Below, in pieces: positions 51,801 to 58,451 of a stretch of 64,000 nt of DNA. Source of the stretch: a virus. The position numbers and the translations under genes were made by a program. Location of the stretch: the IMG/VR virus record IMGVR_UViG_3300020156_000005, positions 1 through 64,000 of that record, one strand, 5' to 3'. A model generated the notes under the pieces. That model searched no databases, was not told the origin of the DNA, and saw only the letters and a list, made by a program, of their open reading frames with translations. Numbering within the stretch: position 1 is the first letter of the stretch; each line of letters opens with the position of its first letter.

Positions 51801-51814
51801 TCAATGTCTTGCAA
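42824..51814 (-). CDS. tape measure protein (2996 aa) with embedded NlpC/P60 and lytic transglycosylase domains
   Basis: Ala-rich coiled-coil N-terminus. TP901-type TMP core (GATGKQLTNLTKITAEAMILG...AGNGLKSIISRF). TM/Gly-rich segments. FDCSGIASAVW (P60). QTESGGNQ...GLMQV (SLT). The start may be TTG 51814, or GTG 51775 after AGGAG. Confidence 0.9.
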   Translation of the reverse strand: MQDIDRLVSLGVTVDPNGSQYNILVRVLAAQARREIAKLKAELAAINAQMAKAGAAGAAGSVGPNAATMRASSAATTAATQSTLAYQNALRGAGGATASMGASTDKLAAAMGRARVAEAQLNEVRARGAKATSSMVAADARLSAARNAALAAANRVAVAEARLAELAAKKNVSSSTLLAAENRLNAARNASVVAVQRVAVAEMALAEAKVKGTASASAIAAAEERLVMARRGVTAATLGATTAQQGLTVAQTAGAAAETRLATAATLNRMRTLGSTTVWAGKQISMFFTAPLLLAGAAAFKWQMDNEKAAAQLVKVYDDTNAEASAAIRGIGGTFQGSPIDKFFNALSERMGIAKSEITEMGAAWAAVGATGKQLTNLTKITAEAMILGDLNQEDATKALIAIQAQYKLSTQDLAKTLWQLNAVENATAASMGDLITAFSNTASVARAAGIDQAHLAAMIAALVPATGSAAKAGNGLKSIISRFSDPDTDKAAEAFRKLAEEAGLMGDAFLNPAFKSKTMTERLEEIADVYGTLGGAAKVEFAKRVGGIFQIARAEQLLTDIYNRNTRELSYYRTALEANSNEAKTFAVYQRELNTVLSSNPQRFKQVGQVLKNSMTDVIIPLIPHILWLAKGVANLARAFSELNPALQKWIVIALVVLALIGPVASLIGGFILLATTIGRTFGVVGRVLSRVLFHFLGLRTGIYRTNAEMRASTPLIQKLGKLFRWLFGIQAATDAASVGSTAASQTAQTATVAAGQAEQAALTTASQSARTAAATAGEATRTAEAIAGQSAQTAALVAGQSSQVAALTAGQATQTGALAAGQGSQLLALEAGQAAQTGVFMASQTGQVTILTATQAAKLAAVTTGQAAITRAYMVSSAGIVTILNTSGALMVASVARTEALMLAAVIAGQRNIGRVFIATQTGFVAIIQASGPRMAAAQALNSGQQLAIVQRSQAAQLAAVRAGQAAQIATVRASAPALAAAGAAGGAAAAGGAAAGARGASRAGKAGVIASILSMFAFIPGLGKYLAKAGTWLKTALPKMLPSALKGSGMAARVVGLFTGPIGWAITAAITLVAMFPKQIGNAIKAAWDKLWSIVAPIMGDEKVPVLARPFVAAVEVIKRALLALPKIVVAVFRSVVSIIQKAGQAVYKAFSYINPFARHSPSLVENVTNGLGIVTDQFADADKSIQTSMRNAYGAISNFSNAAAGLNLDVEGRARQERRDQIATIDPGALASYDALTAAEDDLNRQMERTNAAIREQQAAVDRAEGAVEGFDTVIDQMNKTLKQYQKNIDAMNDTLETLQDAADFAADRLSDAEDRLSKYANAPIKGMKAMEDQIFANEMAQKKLQLALLGMDSKTVEDATDKFAKLQGEIETLSGTRNELRMGGAGSDILGVYDDQIAAMKAQQQAVDESLGPIQQMEKELERLKLEAERLDLEKSLAFDPLQRQIADLADTTEELTFDQITAGIRSSKSEIAVWSTMVQGANAAVDAQQAAIDGATKAMEAYQGSIEGVETQREAAQAAVDVEKQKLDALQTTYDQLETTMGDLTAARDQYNDSIDTTIQRLEEEARAAEQAAEEAKNDLPLGGGAEDFETPGGSFGLPEEDLKSIEDQTNDLIKQVEDAFGKFDLLSPLKNAWKGVKDFFTRIWDDYIWPGLQGLGAKFPEFFMNLDEKIISGISFLAGFIGGAIARLVWEALKGAWNLTLWLIDLFKSAVSGVWDWVSKAENWKSLGSAIWNGLKAALDAVTSGEFWARLATMGGDIILGVLKGIGGAIVGIGTWLWDNVILPFINGFKDGFDMHSPSRKMMDLGKDVLQGLLDGLLNMLGNVLQFFIDLPGWMIEKLGNLGDKLVEWAKAAWNWLRDKMPENVQGFMDWMAELPGKILDKLGDGGRALYDFGVNLIQGLLDGAGSLLSKIGEFFLDKIPKWIKEPFKKAMGIESPSKVFAGYGKNVGEGLIVGMDSMLPQVESATQAMADVVASTQVAVPTLEAPLITDPALLKVPAPTSEVPEEVRQDTIQAQLAWDTFGMGMQSSTATLNTAVTAQVQNLGTNTQALFTWTANNSKLTMNSMEAGITATATLMRDNVVNMATSMSEQVTTQLTQVKDQGVAAMQGTKEGVTSEFQMMADNLNAIFTDQVQPMFDSFQPMLGGVEGWFTDSVKNIGTQWSGIQEGVAEPSRFVVNKVYNEGVRGAWNKVNTWLGLPPLEEYVAKFETGGALVDRNSLRNASAAKNITRGGKLSGYGMGDSTLFAGQGGEYVLPRKMAKSIGYDTLESARQAAMSGRSTEGMSAILGLQQGGTVPGAVLDTETMLLKHARGQKYVYGGTGPDGFDCSGIASAVWNSLTGQPNLWKRAFDTEVNFGSYGFERGLNGWATIGVHNGGGGPNSHMAGTLNGKNYESGGAHNSTAYGGPAAGSDHPQFEHGYTLKEIGGIFQSGGMGGAGVPSMVSRVMQVWREVMDPIGALAGGGTPLANIGKPGYAKYDSSVGDFLKGKATEWDTANRGRSGGFGGHGSGVEVWRSTVQQVLTDLGYPLRWDELTLAQMQTESGGNQFALNDWDSNWQKGTPSKGLMQVIDPTFAAYRWPGYPNDIWDPKANIAAGLRWVMTKGGPEAQWGRGHGYDSGGWLQPGVTTAINKTGKPEAILTNEDWNAIYAAANNPVTPEVVAEGVTIALKDVFGFTPVETMSQEQAEKTAAALDEAQGGWQQNIYDETLSQTGAINETTAAVQQTEKGIDNVAKVTEKVSEGVSKLSEIMLSVSSAMTAAANGQQVTFGMIAPIITGVADLVEMLPDVEATYVPWAGFDVEMTEEMKRQKAANDAANAAKGLYTITKDVLPGVLRGVATVGTAIENLIVQDGAAWTTAIGLLSTGNPMGAILIIALTLKAIFTILPLIIKAIVDIVPNLIKAIIKFFTDFAPDATYSYASIDEAVAAVQKNEADIKSGVYQSQWEGAGIDAPVNQSTTMNFYGDIVLPNITSGDQAEEFAENLNNLAEG
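43950..44250 (-). other. lytic transglycosylase (SLT-like) domain inside the tape measure protein (approximate bounds)
   Basis: LAQMQTESGGNQFALNDWDSNWQKGTPSKGLMQVIDPTFAAY, with the catalytic E-S dipeptide and GLMQ motif. Confidence 0.65.
44540..44870 (-). other. NlpC/P60-like peptidase domain inside the tape measure protein (approximate bounds)
   Basis: GQKYVYGGTGPDGFDCSGIASAVWN ... SHMAGTLNG. The Cys codon is at about 44809-44811. Confidence 0.65.
48890..49620 (-). repeat. about 20 tandem 11-residue (33-nt) repeats within the tape measure gene (approximate bounds)
   Basis: AGQSAQTAALV AGQSSQVAALT AGQATQTGALA AGQGSQLLALE AGQAAQTGVFM ASQTGQVTILT ..., read directly from the translation. Confidence 0.7.
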
Positions 51815-51829
51815 TCGCGCATCATACAG

Positions 51830-51865
51830 AAATGACCGCTATGCCATCAAGCATAGCGGTCATTT
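51830..51865 (-). other. 15-bp perfect hairpin between the chaperone frameshift stop and the tape measure start
   Basis: On the minus strand, aaatgaccgctatgc-ttgatg-gcatagcggtcattt. It overlaps the final base of the G-T TGA (51867-51865) and ends 16 nt before TTG 51814. Confidence 0.5.
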
Positions 51866-52733
51866 CACCTGCGCCTATGAGGTCTCTTGATTCCACCTGA
51901 AGCCCGCTTTTTCTCGGACTCCTTTTTCCGTTTGTCAGCCTCTTCCTTATCCGCCTTGCCTTTTTCGGACTGGATGATGTCGAACATCTCGAGGATCATT
52001 GGATCTTGCTGCATGATCCCGCCAGGCCATGGAAGAGTCTTCCATTGAATGCAACGGTGATAAAGTCTGATTATCGGATGGGTGTTCTCAATCGGTCTTC
52101 CGCGAACATAGTCCCTTGCTTGTTCGCGGAATGCTATTTTGCCTCTTCGCGAGCCACCGCCTCAGCAAGCTGCTCTTCGAGGTTCGCGATCTCCTGCTTG
52201 ATCTCTTCCGGGGTCGCCTCGTTCCGCATCCACGGATTCAGGCGACGGATCGCGGTCTCAAGATCCTGCACCAGTCGCGGGTCCGCACCCTTGAAGAACA
52301 CGGCACGCTCATGAGCGTTATAGCCAATCGGCTTCAGCTCAGTCCTGCCACCGGAAACGGGAACCGGCTTGAAGAGGAACCAACCGGTGACGCACAGCTC
52401 CAGCAGAACCTTGCGCTCGAGCGCAGGGTTCACATTCAGCTTGATATCCTGGGTAGTTTTCTGTACCCGAATGTCTTTGTTGGTCTTGGTCTGGAACTCG
52501 ATCTTGTCTTCCTCGGTCATCTTCTTGATGGTGATGTACTGCTGGTACTCAGCAGGTACACCTTCCTGACCGGGGAGAATCCAGTTCTCGGTACCACCAT
52601 AAGACCAGTAGTCAACGATGGGACGAGTCTCGATGGAAACGCCATCCGCAAGCATGTTTGCGTGAGTGGCTTCGAGCTGCGAGTCGTTATCGAAGGTGGA
52701 GATATCCTGATTTGGAACCAAAGGCTGCGACAC
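51865..52733 (-). CDS. tail assembly chaperone -1 frameshift product (G-T-like)
   Basis: After the AAA Lys codon (52139-52137), the -1 frame (from 52140) stays open for 91 codons (KIAFREQARDYVRGRPIENTHPIIRLYHRCIQWKTLPWPGG...KRPHRRR) to TGA at 51867-51865. That frame has no start codon of its own. Confidence 0.6.
52134..52733 (-). CDS. tail assembly chaperone (G-like, 199 aa)
   Basis: Lies between the major tail and tape measure genes. GTG start. Ends in the slippery sequence A_AAA_TAG. Confidence 0.7.
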   Translation of the reverse strand: MSQPLVPNQDISTFDNDSQLEATHANMLADGVSIETRPIVDYWSYGGTENWILPGQEGVPAEYQQYITIKKMTEEDKIEFQTKTNKDIRVQKTTQDIKLNVNPALERKVLLELCVTGWFLFKPVPVSGGRTELKPIGYNAHERAVFFKGADPRLVQDLETAIRRLNPWMRNEATPEEIKQEIANLEEQLAEAVAREEAK

Positions 52734-52781
52734 TGTACTTGACCCTCTCTAGGTCTTCGATTGGTCTTGCTTAATTGCGAA

Positions 52782-52823
52782 AACGGGAAGTGCGCCCGCT
52801 GCGGCAGTAACGCACTTCCCGTT
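52782..52823 (-). terminator. intrinsic terminator after the major tail gene
   Basis: aacgggaagtgcg / cgcacttcccgtt 13-bp stem flanked by an A run and a T run. A smaller hairpin (52831-52846) sits just upstream on the minus strand. Confidence 0.65.
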
Positions 52824-52849
52824 TTCTCTTTCCCGTGTAAACGGGAGTC

Positions 52850-53869
52850 TTACGCGATGGTTTCCTTGCCATTCACCAACACGGCAGTGAGAACCGGAGT
52901 CGCGTTGTCGGGCCGAACGGCCTGCATCGAAACATCGGATTCGAGGATGTCGTCACCCGATGGCTCGAACGCGAACGGCTCAAAAATAACCTTCGGGAGA
53001 GTGAATGTCAAGCTGTGCTGAACGACCGGAGTTACGCCCGGCACGTTCTGATAGCTCTTGATCTCGATGACGAGCGGAAGCTTCGTGGTCAGACCGCCCG
53101 CAGTGGTCGCGGTCGAAGTACCAAGAAGCGCTTGCCGCATCATCGCGGACGACTCATGACGAAGAGTCATGGAAGCGGTGACTTCACGCCGCTTCGGGGT
53201 CATGTCCTCGAGGAAGAATGAACCCAGTCGGAAGTCGTCATCCTCGAAGTTGTTATTGATATCGAGGGAGAACGACTTGGCTTTCACATCAATGCTGTTG
53301 TACAGCACCTTGATGTTCGTGCCAACGGTGAACTCGGTATCGTCGTAGATGCCACTTACGTCAACATCTGCGACACCCTGGACCTGCTGCGCACCGATGA
53401 CGCCGACAGTACCGGTAAGGTACGACGCAGCCTCAGCTTCCAAATGGAAGGTGTTGACTACGCAGTCGGTGTACATCATCCGCTCAAGACCCGAGGAGAT
53501 TTCCTCGTAGATGCTCAGGAACGGAAGCTGCGAAGAATCGGACGGGGTGAAGGTGTGAGTGTACGGAGTGGCAGCGCCGTCGCCAGTGGTAGCGACTTCA
53601 CCAAGAGCACCCTTCAGGAAGGTGCCGACACTCTCGAACCGCATGTAGAAACCGTAGTCTCCACCAAAGCTCACCGGGCCAAGAAGCGCGTCCGGGATAT
53701 CCCGGTTACCGCCCATCTCGGGGTCCGGAATCAGAAGCTCGCGGTTACCACCCATCGAGCCTTCAGTAAGGCGAACGGCAACGCCCTCAGTTTCCAAGTC
53801 AGTAGCAGTAACGCCACGGGCGGTCTGAGTGCGGAATGCGGTTACGCCCGGCTGGGACGAGTAACCCAT
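52850..53869 (-). CDS. major tail protein (339 aa)
   Basis: Sits between the connector genes and the chaperone pair. Followed by a strong hairpin terminator. Ser/Thr/Gly/Val-rich composition typical of tube proteins. Confidence 0.65.
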   Translation of the reverse strand: MGYSSQPGVTAFRTQTARGVTATDLETEGVAVRLTEGSMGGNRELLIPDPEMGGNRDIPDALLGPVSFGGDYGFYMRFESVGTFLKGALGEVATTGDGAATPYTHTFTPSDSSQLPFLSIYEEISSGLERMMYTDCVVNTFHLEAEAASYLTGTVGVIGAQQVQGVADVDVSGIYDDTEFTVGTNIKVLYNSIDVKAKSFSLDINNNFEDDDFRLGSFFLEDMTPKRREVTASMTLRHESSAMMRQALLGTSTATTAGGLTTKLPLVIEIKSYQNVPGVTPVVQHSLTFTLPKVIFEPFAFEPSGDDILESDVSMQAVRPDNATPVLTAVLVNGKETIA

Positions 53870-53872
53870 TTC

Positions 53873-54322
53873 TTACTTCTCCTCTTCCTTAGCGCCGGTG
53901 TTCGCGGCAGGCTGGGCGGCGGTAAGACGCGGAGCCTCAGCTTTGGGAGCCTCCTCAGTTTTCGGAGCCTCTTCTGCCGGAGCCTGCTCTTTTGCAGCAG
54001 CCTTACGAGCGGCAACTTCCTTATCAATCTCCGCCTGATCAACGCCCAGAGCGGAAGCTGTGGCTACTTCGTGAGCGAAGAGAATTTCCTCTTCGGTACG
54101 CTCGGTGCCGAATGTCGCGGTCTTCTCGGGATTCTGACCCGCGCCAGCCAGGAGGGAGGCGACGGTCTTCTGCTCCTCGATCTCGCGACGAAGGCGCGCG
54201 GCTTCTTTGTCAAGCTCAGCCTGACGCTGAGACGTCACATCGTCGGCAGCCTTCTGCTGGTTCGCAGCGGTCGCTTCTGCAAGCTGTCGCCGCAACTCGA
54301 GGATTTCCTCTACCGAACTCAT
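53873..54322 (-). CDS. coiled-coil Ala/Glu/Lys-rich hypothetical protein (149 aa)
   Basis: Track ORF with AAGGAG upstream. Confidence 0.55.
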   Translation of the reverse strand: MSSVEEILELRRQLAEATAANQQKAADDVTSQRQAELDKEAARLRREIEEQKTVASLLAGAGQNPEKTATFGTERTEEEILFAHEVATASALGVDQAEIDKEVAARKAAAKEQAPAEEAPKTEEAPKAEAPRLTAAQPAANTGAKEEEK

Positions 54323-54334
54323 TACTGCTCCTTG

Positions 54335-54850
54335 TTAGGTAGTACTACTGATTTGCGTTTCAAGATAGAACTCGATAACGCTTAGATACTGGAACGAAGA
54401 GTCCTTCCGCGTTACCAGGAATTGCTGCGACCTTATGCCGTACTGTAGCGTCTTCTCTCTCACGTCACTGTCGGTAACTTCCAATTGGGCTAATGCTGAC
54501 AGGAGAACGGTATCCCTGTAAAGCATACGTCGCAGTTTCGTGGAGAATAGGGAATGCCTTCGTATGGCCCTATCTTCGTCCATGTCATTGATCAATGCCT
54601 GCAACATGATCGTGTAGGCTTGTGCACTGACTTCGAACTGATTTGGCTTTCGACCAATCTCCGGCTGACCTTTAGGAGCCCAGTCAACTGGCACAATGCC
54701 GATTGATTGATCAGGGTCACTTACGGTCAACGATCGTTTGATGACTACCGTATCTCCACTTGGATCTATCACATCAAAGTTTTGTTTGACCCGCGCGGCC
54801 ATAACATCGACGATGTTGTTCGGGAAACAAAGCTCGTTAGCTTCAAGCAT
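54335..54850 (-). CDS. head-tail joining / tail completion protein (171 aa)
   Basis: Position in the connector block and 1-nt overlap with the upstream gene. Confidence 0.5.
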   Translation of the reverse strand: MLEANELCFPNNIVDVMAARVKQNFDVIDPSGDTVVIKRSLTVSDPDQSIGIVPVDWAPKGQPEIGRKPNQFEVSAQAYTIMLQALINDMDEDRAIRRHSLFSTKLRRMLYRDTVLLSALAQLEVTDSDVREKTLQYGIRSQQFLVTRKDSSFQYLSVIEFYLETQISSTT

Positions 54851-55356
54851 TATGCACCCGCCTTCTTCGCCGAATCTATAAATCCACCAAGCATTACGTT
54901 GATGGCTGCCATGTCTCTAAAGCTCATTCCAACCGTTGGACGTGGTGGAACTCTACCGCTCATGGTTCCCGTTTGCGAGACACGATACTTGTATACCAAG
55001 GTATTGCCTTCAGGGAGACCAGTAGGCCAAGTAAGAGTTGCACCAACATCAACGCCAATGGAGCCGGGATTGTTGACAACAAAGTCCCTTAGTTCACCAG
55101 TTCTTACGTTAATGGGACCGGAAGGAAAACCCTTCTCGGCCCTGATTCGGAGAGTGGATTCCTTAAGTGGAACCCATTTCCCTACTGTGTCATCACCCTC
55201 CATGTCGAAGCGCTCCTGCGCACGACCCTGGAGATATCCGACTACAAAGTTCTTCAGGAAGCCAGCCATGGAGGCTTCGCTAAGTATCAGCTCTAGCTGA
55301 CCAAGTGACTTAAGTGCAGGACTATTCGGGTCTGCAACTACTTCTACTTGAATCAT
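54850..55356 (-). CDS. virion morphogenesis protein (Mu gpG / Phage_tail_S-like)
   Basis: Track ORF trimmed to ATG 55356 (ATGA overlap). FDMEGDDTVGKWVPLKESTLRIRAEKGFPSGPINVRTGELRD resembles the gpG family pattern (recollection). Confidence 0.55.
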   Translation of the reverse strand: MIQVEVVADPNSPALKSLGQLELILSEASMAGFLKNFVVGYLQGRAQERFDMEGDDTVGKWVPLKESTLRIRAEKGFPSGPINVRTGELRDFVVNNPGSIGVDVGATLTWPTGLPEGNTLVYKYRVSQTGTMSGRVPPRPTVGMSFRDMAAINVMLGGFIDSAKKAGA

Positions 55357-55898
55357 ATGAGCCACGCCGGGCATGCCGATTCCGATGGCCAAGGGTCATC
55401 GGTAGTTTTATCACGACCCGGAGTGAAGCCACCCGGCTGGAAGTTCTGGTAGAATGAATCCACCAAAGAACCCTTCTGGTTATCGGTCACCAGAAGCGGA
55501 CCCTTGTTCAGGGGATTCTGATCAGCTTGCTCAATCGGAATAGCTGAGGTCAGCTTAATTACGCCACTCTGAATCTGATCAAGATGAGCCAGTGCCATGC
55601 GGAGAAGATACTCACCGTAAGCGTGTACCCTGTCCTGCTCGCCTCCGGTCGCCATGGAGGTGATCAAGCGACCGGAGGCAAGCAGAGCATTGATCCTCTT
55701 CAACGTCAAAGTGTCAAAACGCTTCGTAGGATCATTCTCTTCCACCGAGACGGGAGTCTGGTACAGCATCCCGATCTTGGTGTCGATCTCCTCGGCAGCC
55801 ATCGAGATAGCGGTCTCGGGCGTCATATGCATACCTTGCGGCATGCGGACACCACTGATGTACAAGTCACCAGTTCCGCAATATCCTGGATGGGCCAT
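55353..55898 (-). CDS. head-tail connector/adaptor protein (DUF1320-like)
   Basis: Position after the capsid block. 181 aa. Family assignment is from weak recollection. Confidence 0.5.
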   Translation of the reverse strand: MAHPGYCGTGDLYISGVRMPQGMHMTPETAISMAAEEIDTKIGMLYQTPVSVEENDPTKRFDTLTLKRINALLASGRLITSMATGGEQDRVHAYGEYLLRMALAHLDQIQSGVIKLTSAIPIEQADQNPLNKGPLLVTDNQKGSLVDSFYQNFQPGGFTPGRDKTTDDPWPSESACPAWLI

Positions 55899-55908
55899 TG
55901 GAAGATCC

Positions 55909-56178
55909 TTACTTAGAAACGGGCTTCACTGCGGGGGCCGGACTAGGGGCCACAGTAGGAGCCTTGGCTGGCTGGGTGGATTCTTTCTTATCGGAATCAT
56001 CTGATTCGGATTCAGAATCCTCATCTTTGTCCTCGCGAGCCCACTCGGGAAGGTTGTGATCTTTGATCTCCCCCATGGGAAGAGGTCGATCTACCTCATT
56101 GGAGTAGTTCGCGAAGTCCGGATCAACGTTGATGAAGTTTTCATCTTCTGTGACCGGAGCGTCCATCTTGTCGGACAT
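55909..56178 (-). CDS. acidic hypothetical protein (89 aa)
   Basis: Track ORF with ATGA-type overlap with the upstream gene. Confidence 0.5.
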   Translation of the reverse strand: MSDKMDAPVTEDENFINVDPDFANYSNEVDRPLPMGEIKDHNLPEWAREDKDEDSESESDDSDKKESTQPAKAPTVAPSPAPAVKPVSK

Positions 56179-56504
56179 TAGGCGGTCGGCTCCTCGGGAG
56201 TAGGGGTCTCGCCACCTTCAACGGGGGTCTCGCCCGGAGTAACCAGGTCTTCATTCACCTGGTCAACTTCGCCCAGAAGCTCCTCGGCGCGGGTGAAGTC
56301 CAGAGTCTGACCTTCGTCGTACCGACGCTTCAGGTCGAGAACCTCTTCACGAACCTTCTCAAGGCCCGAGACGATGGCGTCGATCTTCTGCTGATTTTCG
56401 GCCTGGGTCGCCATGATCAAATCCAACTTTCTCTTGATTTCATCGGAATTTCTCACCAGTATGGCAATGTCTTCGTCATTCAGTACGAAAAACATTTTCA
56501 CCAT
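56178..56504 (-). CDS. hypothetical protein (108 aa)
   Basis: Track ORF and the first gene after the capsid terminator hairpin. Confidence 0.5.
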   Translation of the reverse strand: MVKMFFVLNDEDIAILVRNSDEIKRKLDLIMATQAENQQKIDAIVSGLEKVREEVLDLKRRYDEGQTLDFTRAEELLGEVDQVNEDLVTPGETPVEGGETPTPEEPTA

Positions 56505-56523
56505 CTTTCGGCTGAACGGCCAT

Positions 56524-56561
56524 AAGGGTGGGAGCAGATAACTTTACCTGCTCCCACCCTT
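56524..56561 (-). terminator. hairpin terminator after the capsid and small basic protein genes
   Basis: aagggtgggagcag / ctgctcccaccctt 14-bp stem starting 1 nt after the stop at 56563. Weak U-tract. Confidence 0.5.
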
Positions 56562-56562
56562 A

Positions 56563-56730
56563 CTACACCGGCTTGTCCCGCTTGGGGATCGGCTTGGTGC
56601 CACCACCGCCGGACGGTACAGCAAGAGGCGCATTGCGCTGTGTCATGCCAGTACCATTCGACTTTGCAGTGCCGTGACCGGGACCCTTAATCTTGGTAAC
56701 GGTCCCGGACGGATTTTTCTTTCCGGGCAT
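56563..56730 (-). CDS. small basic Gly/Pro/Lys-rich protein (55 aa)
   Basis: Track ORF 56563..56862 trimmed to the second ATG, 6 nt after the GGAGG that follows the capsid stop. The longer form would overlap the capsid gene. Confidence 0.4.
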   Translation of the reverse strand: MPGKKNPSGTVTKIKGPGHGTAKSNGTGMTQRNAPLAVPSGGGGTKPIPKRDKPV

Positions 56731-56741
56731 ATTCATCCTCC

Positions 56742-57962
56742 TTACGGAGCGTCGAAGTCGATCTTCATGGTGTAAGTCAACTCCATGTGCGGGAAGATCG
56801 GGTACATCTTGATACCCGTACCCACGCTGTAGGACCAGGGGTCCTTGGTGGACATTTCCCACTCGTAGAAGCCAGCGCCACCATTACCCTCGATATGCGG
56901 CGAGGTGCAAACCTTGCCCAGACCCAGGGGGCTTGAATCGAAGTCGCGGATATCCTCTTCGCTCGGAAGGAAGATGATGACATCATCCGGGACGTAGCGG
57001 GTATTCACGAAGGTGGTGCCACCGATTGCACGGGTACGGTACACCGAATCGTAGATGGTCGGCGCAATGCCGGTCGCCTCAGCAACTGCGTTCAAGGCAC
57101 CAACCGGACCCCAGCCTTCCATCAAGTACCGGGGATCGACCGGAGTCGAGCCGGGCTGAGTGATAAGACCGGTACGCGCGCCCCAGAACTGCGAAGCATA
57201 GAACCGGTTCGCGACCTTGCGGCCCAGGATGGCGCGCTTCATGTTGACGCCGTGGCGCTCGTACATGAACTCGTCCACTTCAACCCAGTCGCCGATCGGG
57301 TCATGGGTTGTGCCACCATAAGTGCCCGAAGCCGGAGCCTGATCCGTCTGATCGGCGGGCCGACCCCACGGAGTAGCGAAGGACACCTTGCCGTCGTTGT
57401 ACGTGTAGGTGTTCGTCACGAGCGAAGTCATGATGATGTGCTCGATCCGGTTATCGAGCCGCCGACGCCGCTGCGCCGCATCACGAGCCAGCTTGAAAGG
57501 AAGCTCGTTCAGGGTGGTCTGAAGCGAACCGGGAAGCGGCGAGCCGCCTTCCTGAATCTGCTTCGCGACGTTCTCCAGCTCGCGGAAGTTGTTCACATCG
57601 CTGGGATCATAGTGATCTTTGATCGCCCAGTCGATGATCGAGCCACGACCCTGCCCGGAGATGAAGAAGTCCTTCTGGGCCAGTTCCGACTCAGCGTCCT
57701 GCGCCCGAGCCGGGGCCAGACCGGTCGCATCTCCCTTGATGTAATCAAAGAAGAAGTCGTCGTGCGGAACTTCGAAGAACGGGAACAGCTGAAGACCAAT
57801 GTGATCTTCCGGAGGCGCGATCTCGCGAATAGCGCCAAGAGCGGATTCCTTGCGGATCAGCCGATCAACGGGGTACGGGTAAGCGAACTGCCCACCCGCA
57901 GGGGCACCGTAGCCCTGGGTGGCACCCGCCATGCCCGATGGGCCAAAGGTAGAGGTATTCAC
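56742..57962 (-). CDS. major capsid protein (406 aa, lambda gpE-like arrangement)
   Basis: Size and position after the decoration-like and protease/scaffold genes. Followed by a terminator hairpin. Family assignment is by recollection only. Confidence 0.75.
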   Translation of the reverse strand: MNTSTFGPSGMAGATQGYGAPAGGQFAYPYPVDRLIRKESALGAIREIAPPEDHIGLQLFPFFEVPHDDFFFDYIKGDATGLAPARAQDAESELAQKDFFISGQGRGSIIDWAIKDHYDPSDVNNFRELENVAKQIQEGGSPLPGSLQTTLNELPFKLARDAAQRRRRLDNRIEHIIMTSLVTNTYTYNDGKVSFATPWGRPADQTDQAPASGTYGGTTHDPIGDWVEVDEFMYERHGVNMKRAILGRKVANRFYASQFWGARTGLITQPGSTPVDPRYLMEGWGPVGALNAVAEATGIAPTIYDSVYRTRAIGGTTFVNTRYVPDDVIIFLPSEEDIRDFDSSPLGLGKVCTSPHIEGNGGAGFYEWEMSTKDPWSYSVGTGIKMYPIFPHMELTYTMKIDFDAP

Positions 57963-57971
57963 CGGTGCTCC

Positions 57972-58439
57972 TTACTTCCAGATCAGGCCGAGGTCCTTGC
58001 GGTCCGCAAGGGCGTCGACGGTAGCATTCGGAACGGGGATACGCGCCCCGCTCGCGTCGCGAACAGTAACGTTCGCCTGGACAACACTTGCCGCGTACAC
58101 CACAGCAACTTCCACGTCCCGATCCATAAGCTGGTACGGGTAGTAAGAGTTGTTGATGCCGACAATGTTGGCCGGATCAGAACGACCATCGGTAACACCG
58201 GTGGTGTCCGTCGAAAAGACGCCGAACTTGCCAGCGTTAGGACCGGTGGTGATCTTAGCGATGATCTCGCCCTTCTGAAGGTACTTCTGACCTGTAGTCG
58301 TACCAACTTCAGTCGGCATCGCGGCGCTTGAAAGCGTACGCGAATCAGTCAGGAAAGAACCCGGCTGAGTGGACCGAAGGAAGTTGTTAACGCCAATAGG
58401 CGGCTGATCGCCGTACAGGTTCTTAACAAGACCTGGCAT
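57972..58439 (-). CDS. head decoration-like protein (155 aa)
   Basis: Small Gly/Thr/Val-rich ORF immediately upstream of the capsid gene, as with lambda D before E. Confidence 0.5.
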   Translation of the reverse strand: MPGLVKNLYGDQPPIGVNNFLRSTQPGSFLTDSRTLSSAAMPTEVGTTTGQKYLQKGEIIAKITTGPNAGKFGVFSTDTTGVTDGRSDPANIVGINNSYYPYQLMDRDVEVAVVYAASVVQANVTVRDASGARIPVPNATVDALADRKDLGLIWK

Positions 58440-58451
58440 TATTCCTTATCC

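Noticed and set aside
57252-58331. 359-aa + strand ORF across the capsid and decoration genes, with similar + ORFs at 58551..59798, 62589..63575 and 53444..54385
   Set aside because: These are antisense shadows within the late operon. The - strand frames form a coherent, tightly coupled head module.
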